Positions 18,359 through 26,008 of a stretch of DNA of 45,686 nt are shown here, one piece after another. The number at the start of each line of letters is the position of its first letter. Within the stretch, counting starts at the first letter, position 1. The notes under the pieces were generated by a model. The model did no database searches. It was not told the origin of the DNA and worked only from the letters and a program-made list of their open reading frames with translations. This DNA comes from a virus: positions 1-45,686 of the IMG/VR virus record IMGVR_UViG_3300045988_032761; one strand, written 5' to 3'. The translations under genes were made by a program, and so were the position numbers.

Positions 18359-18830
18359 CTCCTGCCTGTGCTTTTACTTTGCGAATCCATGTGCTGCCGT
18401 ATTGTCGTTTAGCAGCATCGAACCACTTTGCTTGTGCCCGTGGGTGAGCCTGTTTGGTGTATTCAAGATTTTCTTTTGCGGCTGTCTGACCAGAAAACTG
18501 ACTGACAAGGACTTTCTTTGCTCCACGTCTTGCGTAGGGACTTCCGGTTGCTTCGTCGACCATTCCTTTTCCTTCATACAGAAAACGTCCATAAGGAGCC
18601 GCCGCTGCACATACTTTCCCAGTTCCTTGTAGGGATGCACTCTCAACTCTTGTTCGATTGATAAAGTCCCCTGTAATCATCGGCATAAACGGCACCATAC
18701 TGTCCATGACCATCCCATCAAGGAGATACTGAGCTTCTTGGTACTGTCTGGAGAACCTGTCCATATTCAGCTTTATTTTCATATCTCCATCGACTACGGA
18801 GAAACCTTTGAAATGATGAATTTTACTCAT
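18339..18830 (-). CDS. Head-tail adaptor (minor-capsid-type protein)
   Basis: AAPYGRFLYEGKG...SPYARRGAKK pattern typical of minor capsid / HK97-gp10-like proteins. The ATG at 18830 is 1 nt after the upstream stop. Confidence 0.55.
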   Translation of the reverse strand: MSKIHHFKGFSVVDGDMKIKLNMDRFSRQYQEAQYLLDGMVMDSMVPFMPMITGDFINRTRVESASLQGTGKVCAAAAPYGRFLYEGKGMVDEATGSPYARRGAKKVLVSQFSGQTAAKENLEYTKQAHPRAQAKWFDAAKRQYGSTWIRKVKAQAGGGRHGG

Positions 18831-18831
18831 A

Positions 18832-19293
18832 TTACTTACCCAGAATCTCAAAATGTGGAATCAGTGTATACGGACCGCCTACACTGGTAATCTTAAACAC
18901 GTTATCCTTGTTCTCATTCATGTACTGGTAGAATCCATTCCGATAATCACCATCGGATACCGTTTCGCCAGTCCACACACCTTCCCAGAAGAATGATTCG
19001 TCCGAGAATGTGATAGTGTCTTCCAGAGCGTTGTTAATCTGCCTTTTCCACTCTTTAGGCGGAATCCATGGGAGAATCTTACCGTTTTTATCAGTAATGG
19101 TTATATCGCCGTTCTGGACGGTATAACGGATGTGTAACTGTGCGTTGTCAGTTACATCTGGTCCGTACTTTTTAAGGATTGCCCCTTTGTCAGTAATGAG
19201 GTCGACACTGGATAAAACATGAGGATACCAGTACGCATCTTTTGTTGTGGCACTTTCGTAATAATTGAAAATCGTCACCGTTTTTTCGTACAT
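18832..19293 (-). CDS. Head closure / connector-module protein
   Basis: Synteny only. Confidence 0.45.
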   Translation of the reverse strand: MYEKTVTIFNYYESATTKDAYWYPHVLSSVDLITDKGAILKKYGPDVTDNAQLHIRYTVQNGDITITDKNGKILPWIPPKEWKRQINNALEDTITFSDESFFWEGVWTGETVSDGDYRNGFYQYMNENKDNVFKITSVGGPYTLIPHFEILGK

Positions 19294-19308
19294 GATACCC
19301 TCTCCTAA

Positions 19309-19578
19309 TTATTCTTTCTGCACTGTCTGCTTAATAACCTGATTCACACCGGTAGCCGACAATCCGTTAAACATACCGACCGCAACTGCTGTGATATAAT
19401 CCGTTGCCGGGAAATCTGGGATAACTCCCATTCCGACTGCTCCGAGAATGCCACCAATAACCGCCATGATTACCGGAATCCATTCATCAGAGATTCTTTT
19501 TGATGCTTTGCAGCCCATTCCTACGATATAGCAAATCATAACGATTGCTATACATGAGCCTAATGTTGAAATGTCCAT
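19309..19578 (-). CDS. Holin-like membrane protein
   Basis: Hydrophobic helices STLGSCIAIVMICYIVGMG and WIPVIMAVIGGILGAVGMG, then AVAVGMFNGLSATGVNQVIKQT. This resembles Hol44/phage_holin_5-type holins. ATG at 19578 with SD GAGGTG. Confidence 0.6.
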   Translation of the reverse strand: MDISTLGSCIAIVMICYIVGMGCKASKRISDEWIPVIMAVIGGILGAVGMGVIPDFPATDYITAVAVGMFNGLSATGVNQVIKQTVQKE

Positions 19579-19588
19579 TATTATCACC

Positions 19589-19963
19589 TCACATCAATTT
19601 AAGTTCATTAAATACTTTAAAAATTTTTGGTGACTGAATAGCAAACCAGTCAACCATTTCTTCGTTCACAGCCCAACTGTCAGCACTGTTTGAATTGGAA
19701 TCAAGTCCAGATTCGAGCAGAAATGCATGAATGATTTCGTGTCTAACAACCTGCTTCTGATAGCTTTCAAGGTCTGCCTTTGCTCCGATCTGTCCCTTCG
19801 ATGCCTCCATATCATCAACCACAATTTCTCGTGTTGATAAATCAGTATAGCCATCTACATTTGTCAGATTCGGATATTCTTTCTCGTTCCCGAACTTCAC
19901 GTTCCATTCGGAGCCTAAGATATTAACCTTAAAATCCTGCATATAAAATCGGTATCCCTTCAT
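19589..19963 (-). CDS. Small HExxH metalloprotease-like protein
   Basis: Motif VVRHEIIHAFLLESGL. 124 aa, lying inside the connector module. Confidence 0.55.
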   Translation of the reverse strand: MKGYRFYMQDFKVNILGSEWNVKFGNEKEYPNLTNVDGYTDLSTREIVVDDMEASKGQIGAKADLESYQKQVVRHEIIHAFLLESGLDSNSNSADSWAVNEEMVDWFAIQSPKIFKVFNELKLM

Positions 19964-20423
19964 CCGTTCTTACTCCCATCAGAAGCGGTAACGCTGTCTT
20001 TAAGAGTAAGTCGTTCGTTTTCTGTACATCTCCGGCGGTGGCATACACCGCGCTCCATTCCTTTGCACCCGACGCTTTCTGCTGAGGCGTTGCATAAGAG
20101 ATGGATTCACTGCCGGAATTTACAGATGTTACAATGCCTGTCGTGCTACCACTGGACCCGATTGTGGTTGATGTACCACTCACAGCGGCATTAGTAGCAT
20201 TCTTTTCAGCAAGCTCAATCTGATACATTAATTCAGCTAGTGAGCAGACCGCCTTTTTGATACGTTTCTGAGAGCGTTCATTTTCCGGCAGTCCATCCAC
20301 CAACCTGTCAAACGTCATTGTGTCCACAAAATCACTGGCTCTTTCTGCCAGTCGTGGAAAGTCGGTTTCTGGCACGACATTGCCGAATGATTCTGTGTAG
20401 AATTTATAATCTGCATAAGCCAT
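19929..20423 (-). CDS. Head-tail connector protein (gp6-like)
   Basis: MAYADYKFYTESFGNVVPETDFPRLAERASDFVDTMTFDRL is a typical N-terminus of gp6-like connector / DNA-packaging proteins. Located downstream of the capsid gene. Confidence 0.7.
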   Translation of the reverse strand: MAYADYKFYTESFGNVVPETDFPRLAERASDFVDTMTFDRLVDGLPENERSQKRIKKAVCSLAELMYQIELAEKNATNAAVSGTSTTIGSSGSTTGIVTSVNSGSESISYATPQQKASGAKEWSAVYATAGDVQKTNDLLLKTALPLLMGVRTDEGIPILYAGF

Positions 20424-20441
20424 GCCAGTTACCTCCTATGT

Positions 20442-21611
20442 TTATGATTTCGCTGTTACGCTTGTACTTCCGGCATTCAGTGCTTTGTATGTTCCGTCAC
20501 ACTCAACCACTGTAATCTTCTGTCCGGTTGTTGCCTTAACATCAGCTTTTCCGTCCCAAGTGCTCCAGTTTCTGAGATTCTGTCCATATCCAACAGTTAC
20601 TGCGTCTGTTGCAACTTTGTATTTGTATACGTTGTTGGAGTTTTCCTTAGCCGGATTTACAGTGATTTTTGTATCACCAGTTGCTGTTCCTGCCGCAGAT
20701 GTTACTGTCAGAGTACCAAGTGTTGGTGTCTCATCAATGGTGATTACTGCGATTGCGTCAATGTACTCTGCAAAAAGAGTAAGTCCCATAACTGCGAACG
20801 CTTCGGACACTGCTGTGTGGTAGTTGCCCTGCGTGTGGAATCCGATCAGGTTTGTCTCGCCGGAAACGGTATACACAAGACCTGCTCTTGCAAAGTCAGA
20901 TTCGTTCGGGTCAACATAGTAAAGTACGATGTTCTCAACAGGGGTAGCGATAACCTGTCCTCTCGGGATTTCGCTGTCAGACAGTAAAAAGATTGTGTTG
21001 AAGCCCATGAAATCCTTCATGTACTGGAATCCGAACTGGTTCTGAATGGTGATCTCAGCCGCTCCGAGGTATTCATATACGTCCAGAATGTTCACAAATC
21101 CAACAACACCAGTCACATTTCTGTGCATCTGTTTGAATTTGTTCTCAACACGGCCTTTAGCCATTGCCAGAGCCATCTGGAATGTTGTTTCTGTGGAAGT
21201 AAGTGTGCCGGTTTTCAGATAGTCATAGAATCTGCTGGTAACATCAGTCTGAAGCTGGAAAAGGAATTCATCGTCAGTCATCTGAACAGCGTTCTCATAA
21301 CCGTGATCCTTGATTGCTTCGATAGATACAGCCTTTGCGTACTTTTCGATAGTCATTTCTGCATAGGTCTTTTCTTTTACAGTAAACTTGCTGTAAGGGA
21401 TTTCCTCGCCCTCACCAACATTTCCGCTCTGCAAAGTACCCTCTGCGTATTTGGACTTGAGTACAGCACCCGGCTGTTTTTTGATAGGTCTCATGATTCC
21501 CAGAATGTCACGTAAGTGCTGCCAGTTTCTTTCGAATCTGGTTACAAAGTCAATCTCACGTGCCGTTACCTGAATATCATTAGTCATGATAAGATTAGCT
21601 TTTGCTGCCAT
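20442..21611 (-). CDS. Major capsid protein with a C-terminal Ig-like domain
   Basis: Synteny after the scaffold gene. ATG at 21611 with SD AAAGGA. C-terminal TLGTLTVTSAAGTATGDTKITV...TVVECDGTYKALNAGSTSVTAK looks Big_2-like. Confidence 0.85.
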   Translation of the reverse strand: MAAKANLIMTNDIQVTAREIDFVTRFERNWQHLRDILGIMRPIKKQPGAVLKSKYAEGTLQSGNVGEGEEIPYSKFTVKEKTYAEMTIEKYAKAVSIEAIKDHGYENAVQMTDDEFLFQLQTDVTSRFYDYLKTGTLTSTETTFQMALAMAKGRVENKFKQMHRNVTGVVGFVNILDVYEYLGAAEITIQNQFGFQYMKDFMGFNTIFLLSDSEIPRGQVIATPVENIVLYYVDPNESDFARAGLVYTVSGETNLIGFHTQGNYHTAVSEAFAVMGLTLFAEYIDAIAVITIDETPTLGTLTVTSAAGTATGDTKITVNPAKENSNNVYKYKVATDAVTVGYGQNLRNWSTWDGKADVKATTGQKITVVECDGTYKALNAGSTSVTAKS

Positions 21612-21689
21612 ATAAAAATCCTTTCTACCCATAATTGTTAAGGTATTGGGTTAGCGGCTATACTCTGGCGTATAGTCGGTGTAAAAAAA

Positions 21690-22322
21690 TCACTGGAATA
21701 ACTGGATATTCTGAGCAATTGCAGCCTGTCTCTCGGACGGGTCTTTGATTGCTTCGATATCTTTTTTGGTCATACTTCCCGGTGTCTGCTGCTGCCCAAC
21801 ATGAGTGGTAAATCTTGCCTGATTCTGCTGAGCCTGCTGCTGAGATTCATCCACAAAAGCGGATGCGTCAGACTGTTTCATCTGCTCAATCAGGTCGTTC
21901 AGCCCGAGGATTTTACCATCTTTCAGCTTTAATCCGGCTTCCTTGATGTCTGCCATAACAGACTTCTTTGCTGCTTCACTGGAAAACTTAACATCGTCGA
22001 GTGCCGCTTTGAGCGCATCTGAGAAATCTCTGTCGTAGATTTTTGCGTTAAACTCTTTCTCTGCATCCTCTGCTTTTTTCTTCCATCCAGCAAGCTCTGT
22101 CTGAATGTTCGCCGGGTCGATACCGTCAAAACTTTTTAAGGTTTCCTCTGCTGTCTCTGCGCGTTCTTTCCAGTCATCGCGTTCACCCTCGACTTTTGAC
22201 AGAGTTTTTGCAACTTCCTTTGCGTTCTTGTAATTCTCAGAAAGTGCTTTCTTAATATCTGCCTGTTTATCCTCCGGGATTTCAATTCCAAATGATTTAA
22301 GTGTGTCAATAAGTTTCTGCAT
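21690..22322 (-). CDS. Scaffolding protein (GP20-like)
   Basis: Highly charged coiled-coil 210 aa directly upstream of the capsid gene. Confidence 0.75.
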   Translation of the reverse strand: MQKLIDTLKSFGIEIPEDKQADIKKALSENYKNAKEVAKTLSKVEGERDDWKERAETAEETLKSFDGIDPANIQTELAGWKKKAEDAEKEFNAKIYDRDFSDALKAALDDVKFSSEAAKKSVMADIKEAGLKLKDGKILGLNDLIEQMKQSDASAFVDESQQQAQQNQARFTTHVGQQQTPGSMTKKDIEAIKDPSERQAAIAQNIQLFQ

Positions 22323-22399
22323 AACATCCTCCTGGTCGTGTTTATTGACCTGCCGCCGCAGGTAAATGGATTAAGCCAGTTAGACCACTGGCAAGGTAA

Positions 22400-22471
22400 T
22401 TGCAGGAGACGGATTTGAACCGCCGTTCTCAAGGGTATGAACCTTGTGAGATTCCGCTTCTCTATCCTGCC
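22400..22471 (-). tRNA. tRNA with CAT anticodon (Met; initiator-like features)
   Basis: Hand-folded cloverleaf: GGCAGGA-TA-GAGA-AGCGGAA-TCTC-A-CAAGG-TTCATAC-CCTTG-AGAAC-GGCGG-TTCAAAT-CCGTC-TCCTGCA-A. All four arms pair. U8, G18G19, U33, T54-T55-C56 and G53-C61 are present. Confidence 0.8.
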
Positions 22472-22621
22472 CTTAACCCGGATTCCCGGGTTAGCAAGGT
22501 GTTTAACGTGTCATGCCTGCCACGAGTTGTTTCGGATATTTATTTCTTTTTTTTAAAGAAAAATATAAATAACAAAAATCTTAATCAAGGAGGCGAGCCA
22601 TCTTGCGTGCCAGATGACAAA

Positions 22622-22670
22622 TACGCACGACAAGATTCGAACCTGTTTAACTTTCCATTAAAGCGTGCGC
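22622..22670 (-). ncRNA. Truncated tRNA-like element (acceptor stem + T-arm minihelix with one short hairpin)
   Basis: GCGCACG-CTTTAATGGAAAG-TTAA-ACAGG-TTCGAAT-CTTGT-CGTGCGT-A. It has a 7-bp acceptor stem and a canonical T-loop, but only 17 nt where the D and anticodon arms should be. Confidence 0.35.
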
Positions 22671-22776
22671 ACCAGCTACAAAAAAGAAAGGAGGATTAAA
22701 ACGAAAATGTTAAAACAACTGTTTTGCTCGTGCTTCCTGCTGCACAATTACATTATAACAGATTTCTTTCAACTAC

Positions 22777-22792
22777 CTCTCTACCACTTTTA
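22777..22792 (-). promoter_or_regulatory. 16-bp motif TAAAAGTGGTAGAGAG (minus strand), copy 2
   Basis: Exact copy of 35257-35272. A TATAAT-like box lies about 19 nt downstream. Precedes the tRNA / scaffold / capsid block. Confidence 0.45.
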
Positions 22793-22797
22793 CGTTT

Positions 22798-23352
22798 TTA
22801 GAGCATATCGCGGAGTTTTTCCACGTATCTCTTGACAAGATCACGTTCTTCCCGGCACTCTGCGTCCTTAGACATATCGCTCATTTCTGTAGTAAGCTCG
22901 TCCAGATGTTCTTCCAATGCAGCAAGCATCTTTCTCTTGCAATCCTCAGATTTGCCGGAACGATAGCTCTGTTTCTGTGTCATGTAGTCATCGTAAGCGT
23001 CTCGTCCGTCAGAACAGCTGTAATGCCCTCTAACATAATGCTCACCGCGTCTGGCATAAGAACTGCCACGGTCGTAATCCGGCATCATTCTGCCGTCATT
23101 TGAACTGTATCTCCCCATGCTGTCGCGCTTTCTTCCGCGCTCGCTGTAATCGTCATTGTATCCGCCACGCATCTCATCAAGGACAGCGTTGTAATACTCC
23201 GCTTTCTTGTCCCAGTACTGCGTATTCTTGATATCTTTATACATATCAATCAACTTGTATGTCATTTCCAGATTTCCGGTGGTTAGTCCACTGTCAGCAA
23301 TTTTGGACAGTTCATCTTCGATTCTTGTGCATAAGTCTTTAATATCTCTCAT
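22798..23352 (-). CDS. Hypothetical protein with a Tyr/Arg/Asp/Ser-rich low-complexity core
   Basis: ATG at 23352 with SD GGAGGTG. Central GRYSSNDGRMMPDYDRGSSYARRGEHYVRGHYSCSDGRDAYDDY, with helical ends. Confidence 0.7.
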   Translation of the reverse strand: MRDIKDLCTRIEDELSKIADSGLTTGNLEMTYKLIDMYKDIKNTQYWDKKAEYYNAVLDEMRGGYNDDYSERGRKRDSMGRYSSNDGRMMPDYDRGSSYARRGEHYVRGHYSCSDGRDAYDDYMTQKQSYRSGKSEDCKRKMLAALEEHLDELTTEMSDMSKDAECREERDLVKRYVEKLRDML

Positions 23353-23363
23353 AATCACACCTC

Positions 23364-23786
23364 CTACGCTTCTCTGGTCACGACAATATTTGCGTTCGCA
23401 ACAGAAATTGCCTGATCGCTTGTGTTCTCTACTGCAATATTAACGCAACATCCGCAAGGAACGTCAATATAGATACCTGCGGACACATTATTGTACTGAT
23501 TTACTGCTGCCGGTGTGGAAATCATCTGTGAAGATAATACAGGTTCGCCAGAGATTGCAATAGCCAGAGAAATAGCTCCGACAGTACCGCCTGTTGGAAT
23601 TGCGATATTGCCAGAAAAATCCACGAAGAATCTCGCTTTACACTGATTAGTCAGTCCTCTCAGAGTGATGATTCCGCTTCCCTCTCTGTGCTGAATGCAG
23701 TTAGAACCTTTAACTGCTGTGTTTGAAAATACTACATTTCCATTTGCTGCTACAGTCTGAACAGCTACATTCGTAAATTCTGCCAT
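23364..23786 (-). CDS. Stand-alone beta-sandwich protein, possibly TNF/C1q-like (BclA-C-terminal-like)
   Basis: Pattern ..VVFSNTAV..C..HREGSGIITLRG...ARFFVDFSGNIAIPTGG..GAISLAIAISGEPV...NVSAGIYIDVPCGCC..IAVENTS..AISVANANIVVTR resembles exosporium BclA/BxpB-type jelly rolls. This comes from memory only. Confidence 0.4.
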   Translation of the reverse strand: MAEFTNVAVQTVAANGNVVFSNTAVKGSNCIQHREGSGIITLRGLTNQCKARFFVDFSGNIAIPTGGTVGAISLAIAISGEPVLSSQMISTPAAVNQYNNVSAGIYIDVPCGCCVNIAVENTSDQAISVANANIVVTREA

Positions 23787-23806
23787 AATTTTTACCCCTT
23801 TCATAT

Positions 23807-23834
23807 CACAAAAGGACAGGTCTCAGCCTGCCCC
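23807..23834 (-). terminator. Intrinsic terminator-like hairpin inside the accessory operon
   Basis: Minus strand reads GGGCAGG-ctgaga-CCTGTCC followed by TTTTGTG. Confidence 0.5.
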
Positions 23835-23897
23835 TCTGTGTAATACGGCATAAGCCGACATTCGAATCAATCGAAAGATACTCTCGATATGAAGTTA

Positions 23898-24683
23898 TCA
23901 GCAATTGCATCCGGTGTTGCATCCGCATCCACATCCGTAATATGTGTTCGGGTTAGGAACCTGATATGCCGGAATCGGCGCCGGATTGATTGCATTAATA
24001 AGCTGCTGTGTCTGTGAAGCCATTGCAGTTGTGAGCAATGCGCTCTGGCGATCCTGAGAAGCGGCACGTCTGAGGTCATTGTTCTCAGCCTGCAAGTTAG
24101 AAATCTTTTCATTGCAAAGATAATCAAGAATTGCTCTTGTTCCTGCATTCTGGCTGTCAATAATGTCTCTTGTGTTGCTGTTCATCGTATTCTGCAATGC
24201 GCAGGTATTCTGTGCCATATTGTAGTTTACGCCCTGAATTGCTTCTCTGGTTTCGCAACAGCAGTTCGCAAGCTGCGCCTGGAGTGCGTTGGTGTTCTGC
24301 ATATTCGCTACAGTATCAGCATTGATTGCCTGCTGGATTCCAAATCCAGTCTGCATGATGTTCGTGTTGATTCCGTTAAATCCGGTAAGCATACCGTTAT
24401 TCATAGCATAAAAACCATCACAGAGTCCGCTATTGATTCCGTCAAGTTTGCTGATTACTGCGGAGTTATCGAATCCTCTCTGAATGTCTGCCTGAGTAGC
24501 TGCTGTGGCTGCGTATCCGCCGCCGTTACCATTATTTCCCCAGCCGTTGTTTCCCCATCCGCAGAATGCGAACAAGAAAAGCACGATAAGCCACCATGCG
24601 CCATCTCCGCCAAACATGCCGTCATTATTTCTACCGTTTCCAGTAGCGGCGGCAATATCTGCTAAGCTATAATTTCCATCCAT
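23898..24683 (-). CDS. Membrane-anchored Asn/Gln/Gly-rich protein with a Cys-rich tail
   Basis: TM segment AWWLIVLFLFAFCGW, then GWGNNGWGNNGNGGG, internal CCC, and C-terminal YYGCGCGCNTGCNC. SD AAGGAG. Confidence 0.75.
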   Translation of the reverse strand: MDGNYSLADIAAATGNGRNNDGMFGGDGAWWLIVLFLFAFCGWGNNGWGNNGNGGGYAATAATQADIQRGFDNSAVISKLDGINSGLCDGFYAMNNGMLTGFNGINTNIMQTGFGIQQAINADTVANMQNTNALQAQLANCCCETREAIQGVNYNMAQNTCALQNTMNSNTRDIIDSQNAGTRAILDYLCNEKISNLQAENNDLRRAASQDRQSALLTTAMASQTQQLINAINPAPIPAYQVPNPNTYYGCGCGCNTGCNC

Positions 24684-24712
24684 AATATAATCTCCTTTTT
24701 GTGTATTTACAT

Positions 24713-24728
24713 CAATCTGGCCAGATTG
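24713..24728. promoter_or_regulatory. Perfect 16-bp palindrome CAATCTGGCCAGATTG
   Basis: Lies in the 52-bp gap between the 73-aa and 261-aa genes. Confidence 0.4.
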
Positions 24729-24735
24729 TAATGTA

Positions 24736-24957
24736 CTATTTTATTCCTTTCAACATGTGTTGAAACTGTCCTGCCATCTGCTGGACCTGATTAAGTTGCT
24801 GCTGGGAAATCTTTCCAGACTGTAACATCTTCTGGACTTCTTCCTTCGGGTCTCCCTTGAAATTCTGCTTAAACTGCATAAACTGCTGTATCATCTGCAT
24901 TGGCCCGTTTCCCTGCGGCATCCCACCACCGAGGGCGTTAAATAATGGATTACTCAT
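24736..24957 (-). CDS. Gln-rich 73-aa protein, unknown function
   Basis: MSNPLFNALGGGMPQGNGPMQMIQQFMQFKQNF... Its start overlaps the upstream stop by 8 nt. Confidence 0.65.
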   Translation of the reverse strand: MSNPLFNALGGGMPQGNGPMQMIQQFMQFKQNFKGDPKEEVQKMLQSGKISQQQLNQVQQMAGQFQHMLKGIK

Positions 24958-25420
24958 CTGCGTTTCCTCCCTTGACTGCTGATTCCTGTGCGGTATTAGC
25001 TCTAACAGGTTCAGAAAAAGAATTTAGTCGGTTTATAATAGCTTCGTATTTGCCTTTTAAATCGTCGTATTCCTGCCTGGTGACATATTTACTGTCCATG
25101 CTTTGAACAGGCTGTTTAGGCGGCATTTGAGAGCCTACCTCGTGGTACTCAAACGTCCGTAACGGCTGTGGCATACCGGAAACGTCTGTGGATTTTATGT
25201 AGAACTTTTCGCTTTCACTGTCCATCAGTAAAACGCTTGTTCCGGGTGCTACCAGATAGGATTTTGCGCCGACTTCGCCGGATACCCACAGGATTCCATT
25301 ATTATTTTGCTGTGGTTGTTGTACTGGTTGAGCTGGCATCTGGACAGGCTGTTGCTGGAACTGATTCATCTGCCCCGGAACGCCAAAACTATATTGATAA
25401 GGATTGTTATATAATGCCAT
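24950..25420 (-). CDS. Protein with a Gln/Pro-rich N-terminus and a small globular domain, unknown function
   Basis: ATG at 25420 with SD AAAGGTGGTG. The track ORF up to 25741 reads through the intergenic promoter region. Core ILWVSGEVGAKSYLVAPGTSVLLMDSESEKFYIKSTD. Confidence 0.7.
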   Translation of the reverse strand: MALYNNPYQYSFGVPGQMNQFQQQPVQMPAQPVQQPQQNNNGILWVSGEVGAKSYLVAPGTSVLLMDSESEKFYIKSTDVSGMPQPLRTFEYHEVGSQMPPKQPVQSMDSKYVTRQEYDDLKGKYEAIINRLNSFSEPVRANTAQESAVKGGNADE

Positions 25421-25497
25421 CTTATGCACCACCTTTCTGATTATATTTTTGCATAGATGTATCAATCTAAAAAGTTCAAAAAAGTATCGGAAAAGTA

Positions 25498-25526
25498 TTG
25501 ACACACCACCAATTTGGTGGTATGAT
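25498..25526 (+). promoter_or_regulatory. Near-consensus promoter with a palindromic operator in the spacer
   Basis: TTGACA (25498-25503), 17 nt, TATGAT (25521-25526). The spacer contains CCACCAAtTTGGTGG (25506-25520). Confidence 0.7.
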
Positions 25527-25556
25527 ATAGTCATCAAAGGAACGGAGGAAACAGAA

Positions 25557-25988
25557 ATGAAAAAATACAACTTATCAAAAATCATGAAAAGGGCATGGGA
25601 ACTGGTTAAAAAAGCTGGAATGACAATTTCCTCCGGTCTTAAAAAAGCATGGGAGGAGGCAAAGCATATAGAAGAGACTATTGAAGAAAAACTCATTCGT
25701 CTCGGTTTTAAAGTTTGGGAAAAAGACGAAAAACGTCGCATTTACATTGATTATGTAAAGTATCTCGACGTTGTAGAATCTGATACAAATGCAGCTTTTT
25801 GTTTTACCGTAAACGGGATTTGTGTTGATAATTGGAACCGTTTTAAAAGAAAATATATTATGCAGAACATTTTGACCGGGTACTGCAAATTATATTATGA
25901 TCTTGTTGAAAACAAATGGGGCATGAAAACCGCTCCTTATGCTGAAAAAATCCTTACAACAGTAATTGATAAAATTATGGTTGCATAA
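25557..25988 (+). CDS. Cassette ORF1, unknown function
   Basis: SD GGAGGAAACAGAA-ATG. N-terminal MKKYNLSKIMKRAWELVKKAGMTISSGLKKAWEEAK. The track ORF from 25404 is a TTG read-through. Confidence 0.75.
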   Translation: MKKYNLSKIMKRAWELVKKAGMTISSGLKKAWEEAKHIEETIEEKLIRLGFKVWEKDEKRRIYIDYVKYLDVVESDTNAAFCFTVNGICVDNWNRFKRKYIMQNILTGYCKLYYDLVENKWGMKTAPYAEKILTTVIDKIMVA

Positions 25989-26008
25989 AAAGAATGGAGG
26001 AATGCAAA

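Noticed and set aside
22400-22699. 99-aa plus-strand ORF
   Set aside because: It runs across the tRNA(CAT), a hairpin and the tRNA-like element on the opposite strand. It starts with a TTG and has no SD.
22707-22835. 42-aa hydrophobic plus-strand ORF behind a perfect AAAGGAGGA, considered as a type I toxin-like peptide antisense to the 3' end of gene 22798..23352
   Set aside because: The SD-to-ATG spacing is long (12 nt). The SD-like purine tract may be incidental, and the peptide has no clean TM helix. Not supportable from sequence alone.
24950-25741. Track ORFs 24950..25741 (-) and 25404..25988 (+) overlapping each other across 25404-25741
   Set aside because: Both are read-throughs of the divergent promoter region. 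SD-supported starts at 25420 (-) and 25557 (+) remove the overlap.
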